Positions 1 to 9,729 of a stretch of DNA of 64,000 nt are shown here, piece by piece. The position numbers were made by a program, and so were the translations under genes. The DNA comes from Leidyana gryllorum EB-2025a (Eukaryota; Protista; Apicomplexa), in assembly GCA_048772705.1 (NCBI GenBank), contig JBLWGC010000102.1, positions 33,382-97,381 of the forward strand. Direction: 5' to 3'. Below the pieces are notes generated by a model. The model ran no database searches and was not told where the DNA came from. It saw only the letters and a program-made list of their open reading frames with translations. The stretch's first letter is position 1. The number at the start of each line of letters is the position of its first letter.

Positions 1-1567
1 GGGGGCATCGGGACCAAACTCAGACAAACATTCCGATCCATTCGGAGTCTCCCCCGCAGCAGAGGCAGATGCAGATGCAGAGGCAGACGCAGACGGCCCG
101 GCACCATTCGATGGAGGAGTTGTTTCCTGCTGCTGCTGCGGCTGGGGCTGCTGCTGTTGACCCTGCGCCAAATTGTAAAATACACGCTGCAGAGCGCGAG
201 GCATAGATGACTTGGTGTCACTCGTCGGTGTAGATGGCGGATCCGGGTTCTCGAGCACTTGTTGTATCTCCTCCTCCGTCCAACTACGGTTGTCAAACTC
301 GTCGTGACGAACAGTAAACTCTTCCTCCATCATAGGATCGTCGTCGCTGCTTGCACGCGCCGTCTCCTCCACCATGTCTCCGTCAGATGTCGTAGGCTTT
401 CCTAACCGCCGCCGCTCTCGTAACCATTCACGATCTTCGGGCTTCGTCATCTCCCACACTGAACCTCGAAAGCCACCAACATAGAACAAACATTGTAACA
501 ATGAGTTCAGATAGCATGTAGTCCCATGATTCTTCAAGCCACGGTACCGACGTCGGGTTTCCGTCGTTTGATATTGCAAACCCTGGCTGACCAATGCGTA
601 ACGTATGACCAAACGTTGCTCCGCGCCGCCTATATAGTCTCCCAGTTGCTCCTGTTTCAAGAAACTGTGCCAGCCACGATCCGTCTCAGCGTCGTTGAAC
701 GCAAATCTATCAGTGTGCACCCGAGATCTCGTCCAGTCATTCCAATCAATAGCCGCAATGTAGTATATGACCTCAGAGTATCGCCAAGAGGTCAATCGGT
801 CGTGTTCACCCATCAGCTCAATGCCCTCACGAGGAGGGAGCACTTCAATGAATGCCGAAATACAACCTTGACGCACCCCCTCGTTCGTCCCACATGGAAA
901 TATCATCAACCGAAAGCGGATACCACTTTCAGGAACTTCGTGAATGGGTCCATAGAGCTTCTCCCCTGCTTTTGTTGCGGATTTACGTGCCGCAAAGTTG
1001 TCGATGGCAAACTCATGCTCATTCAGCTCGGCTGAACACGGTGGCAAACCGCGCAGGTTGGAGTAACTGGACCCTGCTTTAGATTTTTGCCACCAGAACC
1101 CGGCTGCCCGCGCCGGCGGGCCCGGCGGCGGCGGCGGCGGGGGCAACGGCATTTGTTGCTCCGGCGCTCCTGATCCCACACTTGTCAATGGCGCCACGCT
1201 TGGCTGCAGCACATTTTCGTCCCCTAAAGTGGATGATTAGGTGTCAATACACGCGTGCAAGTGTGCGCGAAGTGTTTCCAACGCCACGGGAGACGCCCCA
1301 CCGATGTTAATAAGACTCACCCACGGGTTCATTGGGAAGGTTTGGGCTCTCTTGAACGGTCATGTTGCTAGTATCTGAACGTCGGCGTTTTTTGCCTCCA
1401 AGTCGGCACAAGGATTCCTCGATCGATAAGGAGTTTTCGTCACTTGAGCAGTCAACGGCTCGGATAGAATCTATTTCGTGATCAAACGAGTCGTCTGCCG
1501 TGTTAGCTCTGCCCGTGACTCCTTCAGCTTCACTCTCAGAGGGTGGGCAGTCCTTCGCCTCGACCAT
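1..1567 (-). CDS. USP7: Ubiquitin-specific protease, USP7/UBP15-like (MATH domain + USP Cys box); 3' part runs off the window
   Basis: Manual minus-strand translation: ATG 1567, intron 1320-1224 (GTGAGT..TTTAG), then an open frame with MATH-like motifs GIRFRLMIFPCG and HTDRFAFNDAETDRGWHSFL, followed by the USP Cys box YRGLKNHGTTCYLNSLLQCLF (~490-550). The ORF track shows only exon 1. Confidence 0.85.
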
Positions 1568-1691
1568 TCCTGTCGTCCGCACATTACTCAAACCATGATT
1601 ACTACTCACAAGGCTTAGAACTCTTGAGGGCGACCAATGCCTGTGCCTCGAACCAAAACGATAATTTTATGTCTCTGTCCACAGTTGACCA

Positions 1692-3349
1692 ATGAAAGTC
1701 AGTATCATCAATCTGAGTCTAGGTGAGCCCTTGTTGGTGGAATGCGAGTCCATGTGGCAGTATAGAGAACGAAGCGGCTCCTATCAGCCTTGAGGTGGAT
1801 CCAGACACACAGTTGGGAACTCTCAAGTCGCTGATTGAGGTTGAGTTACGGATTCCAACCTTGCGTCAGGAGCTGGTAATTGATGGCTCAACGAATCAGT
1901 GAGTTGTTGTCTGGCTAGTTAGTTCCACTGATTGGGTGTTCCACTCGTAGTGATGACAACAGCACACTTCAAAGCTTGAATGTACACGAGCATGACGTGA
2001 TTGCGGTCCGAGATCGTCAGTCTCTGGTAGGGCCAACTACTACCCCCGGCAGCCTGCAAGAGCGATATGCGTCGATGAATGCCAACCGTCAGACTCAGAA
2101 CATTGAGTTGTTCCGGCAGGGTACGTGATGTTGCTTGTGACGTTGTAGCAACTACACATTCTTTCTGTTTGTCACACAGTCGCGCGAACCCAAGCTGCTA
2201 AGCTGATCAGTGCTATGTCACACCCCCAAAACTTACGTCAATTGGAGCAACAGCAGCCGGCTTTAGCGCAGGCTGTCAAGAATAACGACATTGAAGGGGT
2301 GGTTGACCAATTGGTTCGCACATGGCAATCGTTCAACCAAGGGCCTCAGGATCCACGTGCCCTCTTGGCAATGCAAAACCCAATGTCGGCTGAGGCTCAG
2401 GAATATATGATGGAGCAAATAAGGCAGCAGGCGGTGGACGAAAATCGTGCGTTCGCCTGTGAGGTGATGCCGGAAGCCTTTGGAGACGTAGTGATGTTGT
2501 ATATTCGAGTTGAGGTCAACGATGTGCCGGTATTGGCATTTGTTGACTCGGGTGCACAGGTGAGGTGGATATATGGAGAGAGTTTCGAAGAGCTCATCCT
2601 ACTCTCAGGGTACAATAATGTCTGAGGCTTGCGCGCGGCGATGCGGACTCGAGCGCATCGTGGACAGGCGATATCAGGGAACGGCAACCGGTGTTGGTTC
2701 AGCTCGTGTGGTGGGACGGATCCATCTGGCTCAGATTAAGTGTGGGGGCGTATTTTTCCCCGCTTCATTCACTATATTGGAGAATCAGAACGTAGATTTA
2801 CTATTTGGTTTGGATTTGCTCCGACGACACCAATGCTGTATCGATCTCCGACAGCAAAAGTTGTTCCTGGGTACCGAGACGTCGGTCCCCTTCCTGAGCG
2901 AGGCGGATATCCGAGCGGACCACGAGCAGAATATGATCCAAAGTATGATCAATTCTCCCACTGCGCTCAAATCCGCTGCACAACCGTCGGGCACCAATGA
3001 GCCCACCGAGACTGCTGACCGAAACACGGGCACAGCGGCCGCTGCGCGCAGTACAAGTAATGGTCCAACTGGATCCCGTGTGCGACAGGCTGTGGAGGCT
3101 CTGAGTGCCGCTTCCTCACAACAACAAAGGCGGGGTGTGCATACCCAGGAGGATCTCAATTACGGAGGAATGCTCATCGAAGAGTCGAAGGTTGAGCAGT
3201 AAGTCCGACCGACTATTGTTCTTTGGTGATGTCGCTGGCCACTCGACAGATTGGTGAACCTGGGATTCGATCGAGAGCGGGTCCGACAAGTTCTCCGGGA
3301 ATGTCGAGGAGACACAGAAATGGCAGCCGCTCGTTTGGCTTTCGGCTGA
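1692..3349 (+). CDS. DDI1: DNA-damage-inducible protein 1 (UBL + retroviral-like aspartyl protease + UBA), multi-exon
   Basis: PEAFGDVVMLYIRVEVNDVPVLAFVDSGAQ|GTIMS, GVGSARVVGRIH, DLLFGLDLLRRHQCCIDL. N-terminal UBL exons start at ATG 1692. UBA exon LVNLGFDRERVRQVLRECRGD ends at TGA 3347-3349. GT-AG introns close the frame. Confidence 0.95.
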
Positions 3350-3508
3350 AGAGAGCGAGAGAGAGAGAGTGAGAGTGAGAGTGTCAGCCAGTGTCGTGGA
3401 CAGAGGACTAGCGACCAATGTGTTGCCCAATGTGATCGTGGAGGAGGGTGAGGGGGGGCGGGGGAATCGCCATTGCCCATCTTTTAGTTTGACCCTAACT
3501 GCCTGACT

Positions 3509-4407
3509 CTATTGATCTGGATGCTCTTCTAGATAGCGATCCCTATTTCGTGCTGCTTCGATGGCTTCCATTACTAAGACGAAATTGTATGGACAACAGA
3601 ATAAGGCTCCCGTCTCGACTCACCTATTCCCCTAAAACCGCGTTCCTCCAGTCTTTGGGCCGCAGCAGCGCGGACAGTGTCCATCTCGGGATTGAGAAGG
3701 TAGTTTTGGAGCTGAGTATTCCCTTGGGCCAAAGCGAATTTAGCATTGCAACCAGTGATGTGGGCAGCCATTTCATTGGCAATATCTCTTGGGAGGCCTC
3801 CCACAACAATGGCATCGGCAACAGCTTCAAGAAGTAGAAAAACATAAGCCGGACCGCAGCCAGCAGCACAGGTCCAGCCCGCTAGGAGGCGTTCCGGAAT
3901 AAAGTAGGCACGTCCAACACATTCAAAGAGTAACTTTGTAAGCTGGAGGTCGGCTTGAGGTGTCTGACTATCCGCACAAATGGCAGTCAGTCCCTCTCGT
4001 GCTTGGGAGGGCGTATTGGGCATTGCACGAACGATACGATCGGTTCCCAGATTCCATGATCTGAGACTTTCGCAAGATATAGATACAACAATCGAAATGA
4101 TAAGTTTGTCGCATAGCAAATTGTCGCGGGCCAATGACTTCAGCACGTCTTGGCAGGTCTCAAAGTTGACCCCGACAATGATTATTTGGGAGTTCTGTGC
4201 CAACTCTGCGGGTGTGGCACATCGCACGCCGTACTGTCGCACACTGGGCAACTTGGAAATGTCGGTTTTACGTGTGGAGGCCCAAACAGAGTCGAAGGAC
4301 ACACGTGTGTCCGCCAACATGCCCTCCATGAGGGCCTGCCCCATGTTGCCACATCCCAGAAAACCTATGCTCGGAAGCTGTTGATGCTGTGGTGATGATG
4401 TGGGCAT
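3509..4407 (-). CDS. PYCR: Pyrroline-5-carboxylate reductase family protein (divergent active-site motif)
   Basis: IGFLGCGNMG Rossmann motif, RAMPNTP, GCGPAYVFLLLEAVADA, GLPRDIA, LEERGFRG. Intron 3623-3574 gives C-terminus VMEAIEAARNR..TAG (282 aa). Confidence 0.9.
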
Positions 4408-5458
4408 GGTGGCTGTGTGTTGTTGTTGTTGTTGATGTATAACACCTTTTTATTCCCTGGATGCCTCTTGTCTTTCGTAGAAGAGCGTCCGTTTCTGCAA
4501 GCTGCTAAGCTTATGCTGATTGGTGAAGGGCGGCAGCGAAAGGGCTGTCTGGCGGCCTCGATACTTTCCAAGGCGGCTCGTGCACAGAAAAAAGTGTAAA
4601 GAGCTACAAGAAGATGAGCGATGGATGTTCACAGCGTCCCGACTCTCCAATGTGCGATTGTCCCGGGACCTGAGCCCCATTCCTCCGTAACTTTGAATAT
4701 GTAAGCACTTGAGAGGGAGTTAGATTCTGTCAGTCAGTCAATCAGTCAATCAGCTGATGAGTGTGTGTGTGTTATTCGAGGGTGTGGAAAAAGATCGCTA
4801 TCCCTCGGTAGTCTCCTTGGCACTCGCAATAGTAGAGGGTTCTCTCGAGGGGCCGAGCTTGTGCTCTGTTCTGTACACTCCCCTCGAGAATGTGAATGGG
4901 TTTTCACGGGCACCGATAGCTTCTGTACATCATTGTTGCGCCGTCGCCTCGCCCCATTTTGATTCCAGTTGAGATTTCTTCAGTTGCAAGTTGTGTATTA
5001 ATTTCTCCGGTGGGTCACAGTGAGACATCGATATCTGTACAATAGCCCTTCACAGTCAATGCGACCAATGAAGGGAAGAACTTCTTCCAAAAAAGAAGGA
5101 GTTAGTTGTCTACTTGACGACAGCCAGTCCAATCGACCTTCGCTTTAGTATATCCACATTATCAACACCAACTTCAGGGTTGATCCGGAATATACCGCCG
5201 ATCGACGACTTACCACTGCCAATAGACAGTCGGATATTCAGAGTTGAGTGTAAGTGTGAGTGAGTGAGTGTGTGTGTGTGTGTGAAGTGAGTAAGTGGAT
5301 CTCCACATCAGGAACAAGGCCGCCATCCGCGAGAGCGGTGTGTCCTGTGTGGATGAAAGTCTTCGTATTAATGGAATGTAGTATGTGTGTGTGTGGCTTG
5401 GTCTTCTCTTTCTTCGTGTGTGGGCGGCTCCTTGCATGTGTGGTGGAATTAGTGGAGA

Positions 5459-7149
5459 TTAGTCATATGTGTAAATCCAATCGATAGTTCGCTGAAAGCA
5501 GGCATTGTCGTCGCCAAGTTTAATCAGGCCGTAGGGTTCTCTGGTGTCGCCGCTGACCCGAATTATGTCCAATGGGTAGTGGCGACGTCCAGCTTCAAAC
5601 GCACACAACCCGACGTCGCGGAACATCACGACCTGACCATCAATATAGACTTTGGTGGGGGTTACATCTCCGTATACCAATCCGCGCTCCGCCATGTGCA
5701 TCTCAAATTCACGCAAACGGTCGACCACGGCATCGCGATCGGCGTCAGTTAGCACTGCGTCCACGAGTGGAACCGCTGCAGGTGCGCGCCGCTGTACCAC
5801 CGCTACATAGTCACCTGTGCGTTCTAATCCAAGTAAAGCTGGGGATGCCCCCAGTTCTGCTAACGCCCGCGCCGCTATGGCGCATGGACACCGCCGCGTA
5901 AACCACACAGTGACTAGTGTTGCTGGTAGAAAGGAGGTCGCGACGGTGCGCCCTTCGAACACCAATTCACTTGCTCCCAAGTCGTCAAAGTCGAGTTTTA
6001 GCTGTCGCTCATAGATCAGCGACACACTAAGACCATTTGGGGCCTTTAGGGCCTCTTCGCAACAACATTGTTCATCTGCTCGGTGTAAGTTGTCAATGGG
6101 AAGCAAGCTAAAGTACCGCAGATAGGGATCGTACCCCACATTCAGCTTCTCTATCGGTGACGCTGGGCATAGTCGACTGAGCCATGGAGCAAATTCAGAC
6201 CACATACTCGGTGCTCGCTTTGGACACGCCAATGCGAAGATCCGCATAGCGTGCAACCCGCACGCCAAACTTTGAAGTATAGCTTCGCGGTTTCCGCTGA
6301 GACAGTATACTTCTTTGTAGGTTTCAGCTGCTGTGAAGTGCGCCTCGTCAACGGGCAATTTGATTAACGCGCCAAAGGCAACACTTCCTCCTGAAAACCC
6401 GAGATCGAACACCAAGTCACGTCACGACGAAGATAGATAAATAGCATCATGTAAGTGTGTGTGTATGTATGTATGCAGGTCAGCTCCCGTCCCCGTTGCC
6501 ACAACCACAAGTTGCGGATATGGAAGAATGCGCGCGAACTCCTCGTCAATGGAATCTCCCGGCTTACCTGCTATTACCAGCAGGGGACTGGCGGCTAGCA
6601 TTCCTTTAGGTGCTGCGAACTGGGTGCTTAGGAGTGCGGCTTCTTGAATCACCACTGTCAAACCCCCTTTTGTTGAACACTTCAACTTGCAAATGCCCGA
6701 AAAGGCACCGCCAAGTAGATCGAAGTCCGCATAGGTAGCTGGCACCTGGTTCACATTCGCTGTTCCGAAAAGAGCACACAACAATGCGTGCATTGATTGA
6801 CGCGCTTCTACTCCGGCAGCGATTGTGCCATCTGCCAAGGAGACTAGCGTTGTGGCCGCTTGTGCACACAGTCGTTTCTCTTCTGCACTCGTCAGCCGCC
6901 AGGCTAAATCGTCAAATAACTTCTCGCAGTACCTGGCCACGGACTCAAATAGTAGTGGGCCCGGAACTGGCGGAGATAGCCTGTGCCCCACCCGAGCACA
7001 AATCAGAGTGATCTCGCTCAGTTCAAGCTTCGCTCGGGCAAGTGCTTGGCTCCCCGCCTTGCATTGTCGGACGGGGTTCCAGATTCGGCCCTGTAAGGCG
7101 CCTAGCAACACTTACCGTACACCAACCATGCAGACATACCTTTGTACAT
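5459..7149 (-). CDS. Crinkler(CR)-type restriction-endonuclease-like + kinase-like protein, probably catalytically degenerate
   Basis: Exons 7149-7140, 7101-6568 and 6390-5459 join in frame (491 aa). The C-terminal half follows the CR-kinase pattern: VWFTRR..ALAELGASPALL..YVAVVQ; GLVYGDVTPTKVYI; FRDVG; RHYPLDI; PYGLIKLGDD. The N-terminal half resembles CR-REase (PPVPGPLLF, ICKLKCSTKGG, PLLVIAGGSVAFGALI). Confidence 0.6.
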
Positions 7150-7234
7150 ATCTAGACACCAACTCCCCAAATTGTAAACAAAAAGTAACACCGACTATCA
7201 AATCCACCAAAGAGACGCAACGGCTATCTGTCTC

Positions 7235-8340
7235 CTATGCAAAGCTATAAGGCCCCCCAACTGAATGCACCTGGGGACTCCCCGCCTCCGCCTCCGCATC
7301 CCCTCCTTCAAATGTCTCCGCAGTCCGCACCACCATATTCACAAACCCGTAGACTCGCCCGCCGTCCCTATCACCAACCTCTCACAGTACCCACAAACAC
7401 TCACTGATATACGTAAGTACACTGAACCATCAGACAATCATCAGCAAACACCAAGTAACAGTGGTCAGGAACCCGCGAACTTGACACCGGCCGCCCAACC
7501 ACCTTCAGCAGCGAAGAGAACCTCGCATACTTGAGCACTCTCCTACATTCCCAACATCAGATCACATCAATCTCAACCACCCACCGATGCTCCGATCTCA
7601 ATGTATTCTCTTTATTCGCAGGGATCACCGTCGTCCCAGCCAGAAGCCACTGACTCGCCGTCGCAGGCCCCGACGTTGTTATCCTCAATGGAACGTATTG
7701 TTGCAGGCCATCGTAACCCGAACCCTCCGACGCCGGGAAAGCACACAGTGTCACCTGACATTCAAACCAGCTCAACTAAAACTCCCAATAAGATACTCAC
7801 AGTGCCCGAGTCCTGATGCTTATGCTCGCGGTCCAACTGCGTCTTCAACTCCGTAAGAAGCGCCGGTACAACCGGCAACTTATCAAACTCGTCACCTCGG
7901 ATGTCCCCAAAACCGTCATATGTGTCATCCGTCGCCAGTTGAGTGATCAACGTTTCAGTCCGTAGCGTCGGACATGACAACTCTGTCGTCGATACTCGTA
8001 GTTTCTGGCCAATCAACACAAATTCGATAATGTCGGTTTCTCTCTCTCGCAACTCTATTGCTCGCTGCAAGTTCACCCCAGACACCTCAATGGTCGGATA
8101 GTCACGGCGGTGGTCATATTTACTGAAGAAGCTCGAAGGATACGACACAGCTATTGCTGTTGCATCTTGGATGAATTTCGTTTGCAGTACCAATCGATCA
8201 ACACTCGGAAACAGAGAGACACGCCAAGCAAGTGATTTGGGCGCCAGACTTGCCAGATGCTTCAGTGTGTCATCAAAGAGCTGCGCATGAGCTGGTGACA
8301 ACTCCGCATACCATTCATCCGGCAGACCTTCCTGTACCAT
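7235..8340 (-). CDS. Divergent sliding-clamp-fold protein (PCNA / Hus1-Rad1-Rad9-like)
   Basis: Exons 8340-7801, 7754-7585, 7542-7405 and 7367-7235 join in frame (326 aa). N-terminal LFDDTLKHLASLA..LVLQ..SFFSKYD..IEVSGVNLQRAI resembles Hus1/PCNA. C-terminal CYLVFADDCLMVQCTY..DGGRVYGFV resembles the last beta strands of PCNA. Confidence 0.5.
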
Positions 8341-8419
8341 TCTCTTATTTATCTCAACTTAAAGCTTCTTTCTTCCTTAGATTCTTTCACACAATCGTCA
8401 CGTCACGTCTATAAATAGC

Positions 8420-9664
8420 CTAACCAGATGTGCATTTAGTCGCTAATAATCCAGGTTTCTCGCACTGACACGGCTCCGCACCTGTTTCGATCGGCTTCAT
8501 CGGGTTCTCCAGGCTTTTTATAGCCTCCCAAGAGAATCCCTCGCGTCCAAAGTGGCCATAGGCTGCGGTTCCCGCGTACACCGGTTGTCGCAGATTCAGG
8601 TAGTTGATGATTCGACCAGGCCGGAAATCGAAGGCGCTACGTACAATATCCTCCAACAAGCAGTCATTCAGGTCCTCTCGACAAGTTCCATAGGAGTCGA
8701 CATAAAGAGACAAGGGCTCCACCAGTCCAATGCCGTAACTCACTTGTACCAGAACCCGTTGGGCCAAACCAGCCGCAACGATAGATTTAGCCACATGGCG
8801 AGCCATATAAGCAGCGGATCGGTCCACTTTCGTGGGGTCCTTGCCGGAGAATGCGCCCCCGCCGTGACTCCCCCAACCTCCGTAGGTGTCGACAATGATC
8901 TTGCGTCCAGTCAGACCCGCGTCGCTATTGGGACCTCCAATGGTGAATCGGCCGCTGGGGTTTATGATGAACAGGGTTTTGGCATCCAGCATCTCTTTTG
9001 GTACCACGGGCAATATGACCAGATTCTTCACATCCTCTTGAATTTGTTGATTGGAAACATCCGGCGAATGTTGTACAGAAACCAGGACCGTGTGTACTCT
9101 TTTCGGCTTAATATGTCCTTGTGCCTCTCGTACATATTCCACAGTCACTTGTGTTTTGGCATCGGGGCGCATCCACGGACAAAGACCCTCTTTGCGAACC
9201 TGGGAAATACGTTCAGCCAGGCGGCTGGCCAAACTGTGCGACATCGGCATCATCTCTGCGGTGTCATCACAAGCATATCCAAATACATGGCCTTGGTCGC
9301 CGGCGCCGATATCATCTTCACTTCGACCGATATGTACTCCCTGAGCTATGTCGGGGCTTTGCTCGCAGATGGCGACTTTCACTTCCATAGTGCGGTAGTC
9401 CAGCCCTTTCTCTTCGCTATCGTATCCAACTCGCCGAACCGTATCACGCACCACCTTCTCATAGTCCACCTGTCCATGACACGTAATCTCACCAAAGACC
9501 ATCACGAAGTTTGGACGGGCACAAGTTTCACAAGCAACCTTCGCATTAGGGTCAACACGCAGACAAGCATCCAGGATAGCGTCACTTATTTGGTCACAGA
9601 GCTTATCAGGGTGCCCTTCAGATACGGATTCCGAAGTAAAGATAAAGGTCCGTTCGTTCGGCAT
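8420..9664 (-). CDS. MAT: S-adenosylmethionine synthetase (methionine adenosyltransferase)
   Basis: [47 protein letters not shown]; uninterrupted 414-aa ORF. Confidence 0.98.
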   Translation of the reverse strand: MPNERTFIFTSESVSEGHPDKLCDQISDAILDACLRVDPNAKVACETCARPNFVMVFGEITCHGQVDYEKVVRDTVRRVGYDSEEKGLDYRTMEVKVAICEQSPDIAQGVHIGRSEDDIGAGDQGHVFGYACDDTAEMMPMSHSLASRLAERISQVRKEGLCPWMRPDAKTQVTVEYVREAQGHIKPKRVHTVLVSVQHSPDVSNQQIQEDVKNLVILPVVPKEMLDAKTLFIINPSGRFTIGGPNSDAGLTGRKIIVDTYGGWGSHGGGAFSGKDPTKVDRSAAYMARHVAKSIVAAGLAQRVLVQVSYGIGLVEPLSLYVDSYGTCREDLNDCLLEDIVRSAFDFRPGRIINYLNLRQPVYAGTAAYGHFGREGFSWEAIKSLENPMKPIETGAEPCQCEKPGLLATKCTSG

Positions 9665-9729
9665 CGCTACAGACTATATGCCATATAAACAAAAATCACT
9701 CACTCGCCGGGCGGAAAAAACAGGCAGTC

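Noticed and set aside
526-1035. 169-aa plus-strand ORF
   Set aside because: Antisense to the MATH/USP coding exon.
2215-3202. Retroviral-type aspartyl protease (DSGA) as a retroelement
   Set aside because: It is flanked by UBL and UBA exons and is therefore cellular Ddi1; no RT, integrase or LTR is present.
4545-4575. LESIEAAR on the minus strand resembling the P5CR C-terminal MEAIEAAR
   Set aside because: The similarity does not extend further and is probably chance.
4843-4890. 10-bp inverted repeat (tctcgagggg / cccctcgaga) as a possible ncRNA
   Set aside because: Too short, and no recognisable RNA-family motifs.
8552-9688. 378-aa plus-strand ORF
   Set aside because: Antisense shadow of SAM synthetase with no protein-like motifs.
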